A stretch of DNA of 64,000 nucleotides from Calcarisporiella thermophila CBS 279.70 (GCF_041956535.1 NW_027192198.1:698811-762810), one strand, 5' to 3'. Shown: positions 51,050 through 64,000, numbered from the stretch's first letter. Translations and numbers: made by a program. Notes: generated by a model from the letters alone, not told the origin.

Positions 51050-52160
51050 TGTTACAGGCAAAGGGAGATTTCGTGGAGAGCTGTGCGGATTCCTTAATAA
51101 TAAAAATAAGAGATTGGTGAGGAATATTAAAACAAAATAGAGGGGTTTAAATGGAATTAAGAGATAAAGGAAATAGCTCAACTGGTGTTCAAGGATAAAT
51201 AAAGATAAACCAACAAAATAGCAATCAACCTCAACAAAGTAACCATGAGGGAGCATAAGAGTAACCACGAGGGCGGCGAGTAACCACGAGGGGTCGGCAA
51301 CGTAGCGGTAAACAATTCTATTGGCTGCTCCACTTAAAAGATATCGCGCTTCCTGAATGCCTATTNNNNNNNNNNNNNNNNNNNNNNNNNNNNNNNNNNN
51401 NNNNNNNNNNNNNNNNNNNNNNNNNNNNNNNNNNNNNNNNNNNNNNNNNNNNNNNNNNNNNNNNNNNNNNNNNNNNNNNNNNNNNNNNNNNNNNNNNNNN
51501 NNNNNNNNNNNNNNNNNNNNNNNNNNNNNNNNNNNNNNNNNNNNNNNNNNNNNNNNNNNNNNNNNNNNNNNNNNNNNNNNNNNNNNNNNNNNNNNNNNNN
51601 NNNNNNNNNNNNNNNNNNNNNNNNNNNNNNNNNNNNNNNNNNNNNNNNNNNNNNNNNNNNNNNNNNNNNNNNNNNNNNNNNNNNNNNNNNNNNNNNNNNN
51701 NNNNNNNNNNNNNNNNNNNNNNNNNNNNNNNNNNNNNNNNNNNNNNNNNNNNNNNNNNNNNNNNNNNNNNNNNNNNNNNNNNNNNNNNNNNNNNNNNNNN
51801 NNNNNNNNNNNNNNNNNNNNNNNNNNNNNNNNNNNNNNNNNNNNNNNNNNNNNNNNNNNNNNNNNNNNNNNNNNNNNNNNNNNNNNNNNNNNNNNNNNNN
51901 NNNNNNNNNNNNNNNNNNNNNNNNNNNNNNNNNNNNNNNNNNNNNNNNNNNNNNNNNNNNNNNNNNNNNNNNNNNNNNNNNNNNNNNNNNNNNNNNNNNN
52001 NNNNNNNNNNNNNNNNNNNNNNNNNNNNNNNNNNNNNNNNNNNNNNNNNNNNNNNNNNNNNNNNNNNNNNNNNNNNNNNNNNNNNNNNNTCCCCGCTTCC
52101 TGAATGCCTATGTGACTGCCTCTGTGACTTCCCCGTACAAAAACCAATTATCTCGTAACA
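51050..52160. mobile_element. Solo LTR, family 1, copy B (with a probable insertion hidden in the gap)
   Basis: TGTTAC...GTAACA, AAAT on both sides (51046-51049, 52161-52164); CGCTTCCTGAATGCCTAT duplicated across the gap. Confidence 0.85.
51366..52089. other. Assembly gap (N run)
   Basis: Run of N. Confidence 1.
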
Positions 52161-52171
52161 AAATCAGGATT

Positions 52172-52244
52172 GGGGAATTAGCTCAAATGGTAGAGCGCTC
52201 GCTTAGCATGCGAGAGGCACGGGGATCGATACCCCGATTCTCCA
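52172..52244 (+). tRNA. tRNA-Ala (AGC)
   Basis: Identical to the other two copies; followed by TTTTTT. Confidence 0.97.
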
Positions 52245-52648
52245 TTTTTTCATAAGATTAGTGTCTTTTTTTTTTCGCTTTGAGAATTATATTCATTTTA
52301 TCTTTTTTCAAACTTAGGTAAGGGCCCCAAAGTGGATATTGGATGATGATGATATGAAATCGTAATCCTCGGGTAGTGGACTCAAGCTATCATTCAATTC
52401 GATATGCATATGAAGAATTTGGACCTAGATTAAGAGTATTAGAGAGGTACTCTAGGCATCAACCCAGCAATTGATTATGACCTATTAATGGACAGCTATA
52501 TAGGTTAGGAGTAGGATTAATTGACGTAGCGGGTGTGTATTGTAGTGAATATTTCTCTCTTTTGAGTTTTGAAAATGAAGAAAACAATCTAAGAACAGTA
52601 AGTTTATTTTATATTCTTTGAGAAAACAAATATAAACTTGAAATGCTA

Positions 52649-53284
52649 TTACAATTTCCTTTCTTTAAGCAGAGCCATCTCAACAGCGGCAGCGCCCCAA
52701 TCCTCCCCGTGATTATGGCCTTTGTTTGCTCCGGAACCCAATCCTGCGCGCTCAAGAGCCTGCTCATCACTCAAGCACGTCAAAACGCCGAAAATCACTG
52801 GTACACCAGTATCAAGTTGCACTCGCATAATGCCCTGCGTTACCGCCTCACAGATGTATTCGAAATGCATAGTTCCTCCTTTGATAAGGACACCAATGCA
52901 AATAACTGCGTCAAAAGCTTGTGTTCGCGCTTGTGGATCGCGCTGAGAAGAAGGCTTATTAATTGGTTTAGATTCAGTGGTGGGATCATCGAGAAGTGAT
53001 GCTTCAGAGGTAAGAAGATCGTTGGCATTCGCAGCGGCTTGAATTTGGCTAGCGGCGATTAGGCGATGCGCGCCAAATGGAAGCTCGTAGGAACCTGGGA
53101 CAGACTGAACAACAATATTCTCCGGGCGCACCTTGAATTTGCCGGTCATAGTTTCAATTGCACCCTTTACAAGATTGTCAACAATGGTAGCGTTCCATCG
53201 AGAATGAACAATTAAAATACGGAGGTTAGAACCATCCAATGAAGTTGAGAGAGGATTGAGTCCCTTGGAGAATTCAGTGGCCAT
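52649..53284 (-). CDS. RIB4: 6,7-dimethyl-8-ribityllumazine synthase (intronless)
   Basis: LRILIVHSRWN, VPGSYELP, FDAVICIGVLIKGGTMHFEYI, PVIFGVLTC, HNHGEDWGAAAVEM. Confidence 0.95.
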   Translation of the reverse strand: MATEFSKGLNPLSTSLDGSNLRILIVHSRWNATIVDNLVKGAIETMTGKFKVRPENIVVQSVPGSYELPFGAHRLIAASQIQAAANANDLLTSEASLLDDPTTESKPINKPSSQRDPQARTQAFDAVICIGVLIKGGTMHFEYICEAVTQGIMRVQLDTGVPVIFGVLTCLSDEQALERAGLGSGANKGHNHGEDWGAAAVEMALLKERKL

Positions 53285-53950
53285 ATTATGCGGTAGAAAA
53301 TGTAAAGGATTGTAGTAGACGAATTTTTTTACTAGGTGTTGTAAATACGTGTCACAACTCGAGATTTCCAAAAAAAAAATTAGGCAAATCCTTGTCAGAT
53401 ATCTGGTCAAAAGAGTAACGAGAGTAGGAAATTCAACCTGTCTTAAGGATAATCTATGAGTTATGTGTGCCAACACTCTATAACGTAAAGTATCACCTTC
53501 TACATAAAAAAGCTAAGTATACTTGGACAAATGGCATATACCAGAGTATATCCACACTTCGATCTATTTTGATTATGAGGAGTATCGACGTATGAGAGTG
53601 CACACAAACTGAAAACTGTAAGCACAAGCTATGAAGAGAATGTTATATAGGATAGCTCCGGAAATAGGACTCTAGTGAAGTCCGCTTTTAAAAAAACCAA
53701 GTAAAATATAAGCATTCAGACATTTCTAATCCTCAAATTATAAGTCCAAGTTGCAATGTTCCTCACGATCCACTTCATTTCAGAAACAGTAGGAGCATTA
53801 AAATGTAACCTTTTGTATCCTTGAACATCCAGTTTAAGAGAGCAAATTCGGTACAGCCAAAAACAGTGACATAAATTTCTATAGCCAATCATATTTTGGT
53901 ACGCGCTTATTCGCTATTATAAGGCAACTTGATACTTCATATTCAGTTCA

Positions 53951-55355
53951 ATGAAGGATCAACCAACAATGACTTTTGTTGTGCCTCGTCGAAAGATTGT
54001 GACCAAGGAAGATTTAGAGCGCTTCCATGAATCGTCTGCATATAACGAATTTGTCAAGTTTATCGAAAATCTAAATGAATCAGTTAAAAGCGTCAAAATC
54101 AGCTACCAATGCCATGAATCCGAAGTTAGTATTTTTCTGTATGCAGTTTTCGCAATCATATTAATCTTGTCCTATATTCCATAGATAATCACAAAATTAC
54201 TCAATCTCCTTGAATCTATACATCAAATTTGCCGCGATATCCCTCCTGTTGAGAATTCCAAGAGTCGATTTGGAAATCCTGCCTTCCGCGATTTCTACGA
54301 CAGAGTAGCTGAAGTAAGTGATATTCTAAATAAACTAAAATATACAGTTCGAAAAATATAATCATGTGCTTCCCGCAAAAAGAATGCCCCTCAGCTGTTG
54401 CAGTCATTGTTGGATCAGTCGGCAATTATAGAACTGTCAAAGTACCTCATAGAGAGCTGGGGAAACAGGACGCGTATTGATTACGGCACAGGACATGAAG
54501 CAAATTTCATTGCATTTCTGTAAGCAGTACTTAACTTGAATTTCTTGTAACATTCTTATCTAATGCATTCTTAAGGTTTTGTATAGAAAAGCTTGGGTTG
54601 ATCGGGGAAAGCGACTACCAGGCATTAGTGCTACGTGTATTCGTCAAGTAAATCAACCTATGGAATCCATTTTTATCTGGACTAGAATATTTATACTTCT
54701 TATATCTTTAATTCAAGATATATCGATGTGATGCGCGCGCTACAATTTTCATATTGGCTGGAGCCAGCTGGGTCGCACGGTGTATGGGGTCTTGATGATT
54801 ATCATTTTCTCCCGTTCCTTTTTGGTTCAGCTCAATTAATAGGCCACAAATACATGCGTCCGAAATCAATCCATGATAAAGAGATAGTTGATGAATTTTC
54901 TAAGGATTATATGTACCTTGCTTGTATCAAATTCATAAATTCCGTAAGTTTTATTATTCTCACGGAATAGTATGGATATTTTTTTCATACGGTATATTAT
55001 TGCGTAGGTTAAAACTGCATCTCTTCGATGGCATTCACCCATGCTTGATGACATTAGTGGTGTTAAAACATGGGAAAAGGTCAACCAAGGCATGATTAAA
55101 ATGTATAAAGCTGAGGTGCTTGGAAAGTTGCCAATCATGCAACATTTCATGTTTGGGAGTTTGATCCCGTTTGAGGCCAGCAGTTCACTATCCGATGAAG
55201 ATGAGAATTCCAACTCAATCACAGAAGATGAGCATGGCCATGTGCATGTATATGCAATGGGACAGGAGTTTCCAGAGTGCTGTGGTATCAAGATGCCAAG
55301 CGCAATTGCCGCAAATCCAGATCAAAGGATTGCAAAGAGGCTTCCTTTTGATTGA
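53951..55355 (+). CDS. RRD2: PP2A activator PTPA (Rrd2-like), multi-exon
   Basis: [71 protein letters not shown]. Confidence 0.9.
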
Positions 55356-55903
55356 TATACTATCAGTATATACTACTTTTTGTGATTCAAGCACACCACA
55401 CATTTTTTCTGATTTACTGTAAGTAATCTTTACTTAACCTATACCTCTCGGTTAAAAAGTACAATCTAGATTACAATTTCAAACTCAAATTCATGTAGTT
55501 TCAATATTTCAAAATAAACTTCTAAATTAACACATAATAATTGACAAGACATTTGTTAGAATTTCTTGAGGCCGCATATTTTTAGCGGCCTTCAAAGTAT
55601 GAATCTTAAATTTCCAATTCGTGATTTCGTGTCTTAAGATATACAGAGCTGAATTTGGACACTTTTACTTGTAGAATATCTTAATATTAAATGAGACATT
55701 TTTCCTTTCTATCGCTGGAGAGAGCATTGAACGCACAAGATATATCATAAAAATAATGTCGTTCAAATAAAGCTCCTCCGACAAATTTCAGCTATCAAAC
55801 GCGTTTTAAAATCATAAGAGTAGTCACAAGTGACGTTATCTTAATAACCTATTCTTATCACTTTTTTTCTCTTGATGTAATAGCAAGAGTAAAGTGGAAC
55901 ATT

Positions 55904-57813
55904 ATGCCCACTGCACAGAGTAGCTCGCATTCACCTATGCTTGTTTGTCAAAGATGTAAACAGCCATTGCGGATGGATGAGTCCTTGAATGATCTAAGCC
56001 CCGCGGCCTTAGATCTACTCTTAGGTATAATAATTGCGATCAAGTTAAATACCATGCTAGCAATGATTTATACATGTATTTACGTATTTATCTGTTATTT
56101 AGGACCACTTTCTCATGATAGTAATATAGATAAATCACGAAGTGGTAAAACTTCAGAGAATTCCGCAACCCCGCCAACTCGTCAAAATCGAAATCGCACC
56201 TCCACCCCAACGCCTCGAATCGCCACCACTTCATCTCCTACCACTAAGTCCATTCTATCCACTCCTCCATCGGAATCCTTTGTCATGCTTTCTCAATCTC
56301 AATTGGCCCTTCCTGCCACTTCGAATGATAATACTTTGCCTGTCATAGATGAAAATTTGCTACCTCATACAGAACAGAGTAGCCTTAGCTATCGGATAAA
56401 GGTTGCACAAAAGCTCTTCGAGCTGATGAACTCACGATCTGATATTGCACACCCTATGTGCCTGGAATGCACAGACACCCTTCTGGAGGGTCTGGGAAAA
56501 CAGTTGGCAGACGCTTCACGAGAGAGAGATAGCTATATTGAATATTTAAAGCGATTAAACGCAAATGCATTGGATGAGCATGAAAGAGAACTGCTGGCTG
56601 AAAATGTTGAAAAGGTGAATATTGATTTGAGATTTCATGTGTCTACCTCTTATTTATTGCTTATTTGATTCTAGGCTGCGCAAGCCGAACAGGAAGCAAT
56701 CGAGGCTTTAAAGTCTATTGAGAGAGAACATGATGCCTTGAAGGAAGAGTTAGCGCGATTGAATGCAGAAGCTGAAGAACTTGAAAACATTGAACAAAAG
56801 TAATTTTGTTTTTCGATTTTTCGATTACTAAAGGCAGTACATATATAACACGACCTATTGCAAGTAGGCACTGGCAAGAATTCAATGCATTTCATTCTCA
56901 ACTCTACGATTTCCATAATCAGCGCGATAGTGTGAATCTGAAATATGATCATGACTCTAAGCAACTGGACCGCCTCCAAAAGGCAGATGTCTACAATGAT
57001 ACCTTCTGTATTAGTCATAACGGGTATTTCGGGACAATTAATGGGTTCCGTCTAGGGCGCCTTCCGAACCATCCAGTGAGTCTTCATTTAGGCGTCTCTT
57101 TAATTTATTATGTCCTGTATTAACAATTAACTTTTCAGGTGGAATGGAGCGAAATTAATGCTGCTTGGGGACAGGCATTATTATTACTATATACTCTTGC
57201 AAAAAAATTGAATTTTAATTTTAAAACGTGAGTTTGAATTATTGAGTTGATATTGGACATTGTTTTGATACTCTTTTTACTCTATTAGATATCGGCTTAT
57301 ACCACTTGGATCTTTCTCCCGGATTGAGAAAATTGAGGGAGATTTCGCCAGTTATGAATTGTAGACATTCGATAATTTTTATTTAATTTTATTTTTCTCG
57401 CTCCTCTAATTGATTTTCACTCCTTCACTTGTAGATATGGTTCAGGAGACCTTCACATTGGCCGCTTATTTTTGAACAGACGGTTTGATCTAGCCATGGT
57501 TGCATTTTTAAATTGTTTACAACAACTTGGCGACTACGCTGAGCAGCAAGATCCCAATTTAAAACTGCCTTACAGGTAATATTTTGGCTTTTTGTCTTTT
57601 GTTATCTTTTTACCCCTTTTAATTTTTTTTTTCGTTATTATTTTTTTTAGGATTAACAAAGATAAAATCGGTGATGTTTCTATACGGCTACAATTTAATC
57701 ATGACGAAATATGGACGAAAGCCCTCAAATATACCCTCACAAATGCCAAATGGATTCTAGCATTTGTATCGTCGTCGACTTCAAACCCCAATAATGCGTT
57801 ATCTGCACAGTAA
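55904..57813 (+). CDS. VPS30: Beclin-1/Vps30/Atg6
   Basis: [74 protein letters not shown]. Confidence 0.93.
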
Positions 57814-59329
57814 ATCCACTCTGCTTTTTATCACTTTTTTTCTTTGCAGAAAACATATAGCCATTATTTAATCCATAAAAAGATTTATTTTGTATAATAT
57901 TACATCTACGTGTACAGAAATAAAATGATAAGATGGAGATGAGCATTGATATGTTCGCACTCAAGCATTTTTACGTGGCCGCCCTCGTGGTCGCGCGGGA
58001 CTGTTTGGATTCTGTACAGCAAGCAGAGTCGATTCACGCTCCTTTTCTACTGGCTTTAGCATATTTCCAAATACATTGGGTTTGAAAGCACTTTCCTCAC
58101 TAAGAATATGCGGGTGTTTATTAGTAAAAGCGAGTGTGAGAGCAAGTCTGGTAATTGCATATCTTACTCTTCTGACGGCGTATATCCTTCATAATAATAC
58201 GAAGAATTGAAATCGACATGGTAGGATTTGGTGTTTGGATCGTAAAATGGACCACGTTCTTTGCGAGCCCAGAGAAGCAATTTGTTCCTAACCGAGTGCA
58301 GAAACTGATGAGTTTGCATTATCCATTATCTGAAAACAATATAAATACAAAACACTGGCCGGATATATTACCATTCTATGGAATTATCAAAGTGAAAGGA
58401 TCAGAAGCAATAAGAAAAAAATAAGGAATTTACGTTGTGGAGTATAATTCTAGTTCCAATTCATCACGCTTCTTACCTGCCGTGTCATTATAGGCTTGTC
58501 TCTTCTTCAACTCTCTTTTTCTCTCTACGATGAAAACAAACGAAAAAAAAAAAAGAAATAAAAATCGCCAAAACATAGATTTCATAGTATAAACACACAT
58601 ACCATGAAGATTACTACTGGTTATAAACTGCGATGTGAGATCCTCATGCAGATCGGCCATTATCCACACTTTCACTCTTCCGACTCGGCTTTCCTCACTG
58701 CTCATAATCAAGATATGAAACGTCACACATTCACATTTATGTTCGGAAACTCTAAGTTAGTGTTGACTCCATATTAGGAATTTAAAAAAAAAGTGTGAAA
58801 AAAAAAAAATAGTAAACGAAGCATTTCAACTTTAGCGTTCCATTTCCTAGAGTCAGCAATATTCACTCGATCTAGAGACAGTAAAGAAATTCAAGATTAC
58901 AAATTCAAAATTATTATTACGCGTTAAAATCCAATGAGCTCGAAATGGGACCGACAAACAATAGTTATCACAAGGTTTATTAGCTTGATATTAGAGCATA
59001 AGTATAGACAATATTTTATTTTATGAGTTTTATCGACTTTGCCAAAGCAACTAAATTATGATTGTTATTATGAGTGAAAAACAAAATGTTTATATAATGC
59101 GCTTAGAATATATAAGGAAGAAACACCCAGGAGAAAAAAATAAAGAATAACCAAAAGCAGAATTCCAGAGGAAATGCCAAAGTGTGAACAAAGAAAAAAG
59201 AAATAATTACCCAAGGTTTCAACAATACACACGCACATAGAGATACAAAAATGCGTATGAGGGATAAAAACTACATGATTAAGAGGTCAAACTACTGGAA
59301 AAGTAGTCAAAAGAAATATCCCAAAAGTT

Positions 59330-62300
59330 TTATAATGTGGTCCAACCTCCGAGGTCATAACTCTGCTCGATTTTACGAGCAACATGCACAGGAATGCCAT
59401 GCTGTAGCCAAAGCTTACGGACTTCATCATATCGCCTTCGATTCAAAAATTGCGGACGACCTCGCCTAAAGGTGTATATATTGGTAAGAACATAGAGAGA
59501 TGGGGAAAAAAATATTCCAATAAGCTTAGACAACTTACCGAAGTCCTAGGTCCACTTCACCGTGCAAATCCAAATAAGGTGGATTCATAAAGCTGCCATT
59601 ACGGTGGTGTAGAAGCAGTAATGCACATTTCTTCACCAAAAAGTAGAGCCCGATTTCACCTCCACAACTAGTAGCGGTAAAGAATTAGGGTATACCACAT
59701 ATTTTTGTGTTAAGCGAAAGATATACTTACGACTTCATATGAATATTGCACTCTCCTTGACCCTCGTTCGAGCAACAAAAGCTCTGGCTACATACAAAAG
59801 TTCCACAAAATAGACATAATGCTGGATCAGGAGGACGCCAATTACAGTTTTTGCATACACGCTTTAAACTCTCGTCAAATAGTGAATCAAGTCGATGAGG
59901 TAGACCAACCAGTTCATAGATTGCGGGATGGTGAACCGCGATGATTGTGTTAGTTGTGTTTGTCAAACGATCCTGGTGATGGTTCGGATGGGAGGCACGA
60001 TACTGAGCGAGATGGCGACACCAGCCATTAATAATCGCAAAAGCAGTTACACCGCCAAACAAACCCGAAAACGATGGTGAAGAATTGGATGACCCTGTTG
60101 CAGCCTCAAGTGTACCGGCACATAACTCATGCATAGTAGGGAGATTGAGGTAACGACACATACGATCAAATTCAGTTTCATCCGTGGGAATTCCAAGTTC
60201 GCGTGCCCTTGGAAACTGGATCCCATAGCGTGCATGCATTAAGATTAAGCAACGCCTAAGGAAGGGAAGGAGAAAAGCACGGGCAAGGCGGACAAAAGCG
60301 TGTAATGGCGTGGTCGTGAAGAAACGCCCCACCGCTTCATCTCCGTGCCCACATGACCGAAGCAGCCAAGCAGTGAAATCGCGCAAACGCTCTGTAAGCT
60401 CGTTTTCCTGAGCGCCCCGACTTGAAGACGCCTCTTGAAACTGGAGAGTGCGTTCATCGGTTGTCCAAGTATGCCCTGCCATAGATGACTCTGCAATCGC
60501 GATCAACGTGCGCACCACCTCAGCAGTGTAGCACAAACGCATTAGATGGTGAGCAGCAAGATTCCAAGACGAGTGGGTCGTGAGCTCCGCAAGTACCATA
60601 AAGGGGTCTTCAAGTAATAACGGCTGAAGTTTTCCGTACATCATCCCTGAGGCGACGGCAGTGTTATCGCTAGGCCAAGACCTTTCTATCAGCAGCTGTC
60701 TTAATCGGCGGGAAAGAAGCCTATTCATAGAGAGGGCACGCTTATCAGTGCGGGATACCATTTCCAGTTGAGTGACTATTGTTTGCGATAGCACACGAAG
60801 AAGCGCTGTCGTCTGCTGACTTAGTCCATCCACCACAGTGCCTGATCCACCTTCACCCTCGACTGAAGGAGCACCAACTCCTCGTTGTGCAGCCTCATTG
60901 CAGGCAATTGTATACCCGAACAGGTCCCAAAGAAGCTCAGCAGACTTGGCAGCGGTATCATTTCGCAGGCGATTGCGCTTAGTGTGCGGGTGCAGTTCAA
61001 GCAGCACCGCGGTGAGTCGCACATACATCTTCCGAACAGCCTCAATCTCAGTAGTACCCACAAGGATGGTGCTGGGGGTGTGTGCAGTCGAAGGAGGTTG
61101 CGTTTGTGACGACGAAGAAGAGGAGGAGCCTGCCTCTAGGACACCGTTTGAACCCTCTGCTCCCTCTGAGAACAATTCTTGATAGAGCTCTGACGGTCCA
61201 TCATTGACCATCGGGGGACGCAAAAATTCCTGTAAAAACTGGGGGAACTGTGAAGGATTCTGCCGAAATTGTGAGGAGAATATTGGGTGGCGTGTACGTC
61301 TGACCCCACTTGCTGGAGAAGCATCCTCTGATTCTGCCACAGTACCACTAGAGTCTGTCTCAGTTTGGAGATTCCCCTGGTATAAGAATCTTCCTGTTGG
61401 CAAGGGCCAGTGGTCAATCTCTTCGTTACACACTCCGCGCCACACTGCCTCCTCCAAGTTGTCTGCAAGCGATCCTAATTGAAAGTCGAGGCATTCGCGC
61501 AGCTCTGTGTCGGGGAATAGCACGCCTGGATAAGTCTCTCGCATGCCTTTCCAAATCACGGGCAATATAATATTTCCAAGGGATTTACAGAGCGGACAGA
61601 TAAACTCCATTCGATCAATGTTCTCGGGATGATTGCGAGCAGGTTGAGCATTGTGTCGCTGTTCAAGCGACGCACAGTAGGTTTCAAAACAGCGAACATG
61701 CATGAAGTGGCCACAAGTAGAAGCATAGGTACCAGCGCGGTGTGAAGAAGAGCGGAAGCCCTTACACAATAGTCGATGTCCTGTTGTGCCAGGAGGATGT
61801 AACATCTCAGCTCCAGCAGAGGCGGGGTTTGGATTGGTCGAAATGGAGGGATTCGGAACGGGTTCTGAGGAGCGAGCAACGCCATAAGGACGAAGCCCCT
61901 CGGCCGACACATCCAGATGCTCAGGAATTTGCAGGGCCTCAACAACAAAGTCTGCATCCTCCATAGGAGTTATCCTTAGCATATTGGAGGGTTGAATCAA
62001 TCCAAGCATTCCATAGAGTTCGCCAGGTTTAGCTTCTTCTTTACATACAATGCAAGTTCCAGATGGGAATGGCCATACCACCTCTTCCGACTGCACTTCT
62101 GAAGAGCCTTCTTCCGCAGAAGCTGCCGCTCCTGTGGCAGGAAAGTCGAGCGCGTCGTCCATGTATCCCTCTTCCTCATACAATTCCTCGTGCTTCTCCA
62201 AAAAACTCTGCTGCGCCTTTGCAAATTGCTCCATGATCTTGGCCTGCCGCTCTTTGGCAGCTTGCTTTTTGCGCTCCTGCTCCGAGATATCTGTGGAGGT

Positions 62301-64000
62301 GGGTTCTGCCGTCGTTTCAGCAGCTTCTGCGCGGGCCTTGTAAAAGTTGCCTAGCACTTGCTTAGCCAATGGGGGTCCAATCTCTTCCAATTGCTTAAGT
62401 ATCCAATCGATTTTAGGGTGGATTTCTTTATAGGTCGCATCATTAACATAACGCAATAGTAGATTCAGGAGGCTCATCTGACCATATTGAGCCCCTTGCC
62501 TGACCGGAAATTGTTCAAAAGTCGCATGGCGTACAAATCCGCCCATGCCATTTTCAGAGTTGGAGGGAATCCCATTCTCACCCCTACTGCTCTCCTCATC
62601 CCCCTCGGGCTCTTTCCGCTTGCCTTTACGAGAGCGCCATTTTCGCGCTTCTTCGTTGTTTTCATCCAGGAGGGCGAGCACGCATAACTGAAGTGCTTCA
62701 TCTACAAGTGTATCACTAGTAATTTTTTCATCGGTTATTGCGTTCCAGAGCGCGTAGAACACAATCTGTGTCATGGTCTTGGAGTGCATTGCGTTTCCAA
62801 TATTAACAAACGGGCCGGACTCAACCTTAACAAGCTTGGGGAGCAGGAGAGGTGGGATATTTCTTGTGCCAGATTGCATCTTTTTCTTTTTTAACACTTC
62901 TTCTGCTTCTTCACGATTATTGCGTGTATAATGTACAAAATAAACATTGACCTCGTCGTAATACTCATCTCGAAGCTCATAAAGTCCGTGATCAGACATT
63001 CCATCAGGCGCTTTGAAATTAGCGAGTTGTAGCAATATCTCATCAAATCGAGGATTCTCATTTAGGCGCTCGGGGATGCGACGTGTCAACTCCGAGTAGG
63101 CAATCGGAGACATGCAAAGCCCATGAATTATCTCACGTCTAATTTCCTCTTCAACGCCCATTCCCGTAGCCTTTGCCCGCTCACTCATACTGATAATGAG
63201 GAGGAGAAGGAGTTCTTCTGCCAGGAACAGAGTTTGAGTATGGTCGTAAAGATGGTGCTCCGTCTGGCCGCTGAACCATCCGACAAGATCGAAGCGATCA
63301 AGCAACGACACAAGAAGTATGTCTGGATCAACAAGAGCAAATGCCACCTGCAATAGATAAATATCCGTATCGTATGTGTTTTCTCGCAAAGATACGTCAC
63401 GGTAGTGGTGTGCCTGACTACGAATGCCATACCCATTGCGAACCCAGAGTGTTGATCGAATCTGAGCAAGCAATACCAATACTCGAATTGGATAATCTAT
63501 CACACTCAAAAACTTCTCGCGAACCCGCCGTTGCATTCTCTCTTCTGCATAACCAGTATTTATCTCGTCCCCACTGTCATCGGCCTCCTCACCCCAGCTA
63601 TCAAAGCTCATCACCATATTTTGGAAGCCGTCCCATCCAAGCTGACGTAGTTTTTCATCTTCCAATAAAGCCACATTTTCAAATAACTCGGCAAGGAACC
63701 AATGAAGCGGGTGGTGGAAAGAGACAGGTTGTGATGCAACACTGAATTTGACAACACGAAATGTTCCGGAATGTACTTTCACTGAATGGAATGAGCTAGC
63801 GGTGTGAGTGGAGGAAATCCAAGCATCCTCGTCGCGATTCACCCATTGCACAAGCTTGCGCAGCACTTTCCTTATTGCGAAACTGATCACTTGTGGATTT
63901 GTTGTGAAGCACTCCGAGAAATGACGACATGAGCGTGATAATTGTAAGGTCAGATTGAATGCATGCACCCAAGTTTCCGATTCGTACTCAACATGCTGAT
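59330..64000 (-). CDS. UBR1: E3 ubiquitin ligase UBR1/UBR2 (N-recognin), 5' part outside window
   Basis: HVEYESETW, VSFHHPLHW, WVRNG, split RING (CIVCKE...TCGHFMH..C...EFICPLCKSLGN), C-terminal PALCLFCG...GECN.H, PYLDLHGEVD.GLRRGRP. Confidence 0.93.

Noticed and set aside
52649-53284. Intronless RIB4 or UvrD-like helicase as bacterial horizontal transfers
   Set aside because: RIB4 has fungal-type motifs (HNHGEDWG, SRWN) and the helicase is intron-rich and Srs2-like.

Overview
Intron-rich eukaryotic DNA, most likely from an early-diverging (non-Dikarya) fungus. The window holds about 23 protein-coding loci: ERG27, HAS1, SES1, LSM2, CENP-O/MCM21, a G-alpha, a cNMP-F-box-LRR protein, TPS2, medium-chain acyl-CoA dehydrogenase, MRX7-like, SRS2/UvrD, cyclophilin B, RIB4, RRD2, VPS30/ATG6, the 3' part of UBR1, two secreted repeat proteins and several hypotheticals. 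It also has a pseudogenised Zn2Cys6 transcription factor, three identical tRNA-Ala(AGC) genes and two assembly gaps. The most striking structure is a nested stack of retroelements immediately upstream of each tRNA-Ala gene. Solo LTRs (TG...CA, 4-bp TSD) sit in tandem at one target about 8-14 bp upstream of two of the tRNAs. L1-clade LINE fragments and tRNA-headed SINEs (poly-A tail, mostly 14-18-bp TSD) inserted about 60-100 bp upstream, always with the 5' end facing the tRNA. This looks like a position-specific, Pol III-gene-targeting LTR + LINE + SINE system, analogous to yeast Ty3 and Dictyostelium DGLT-A/TRE5-A. Gene models were read by eye, so exon boundaries are approximate unless stated.
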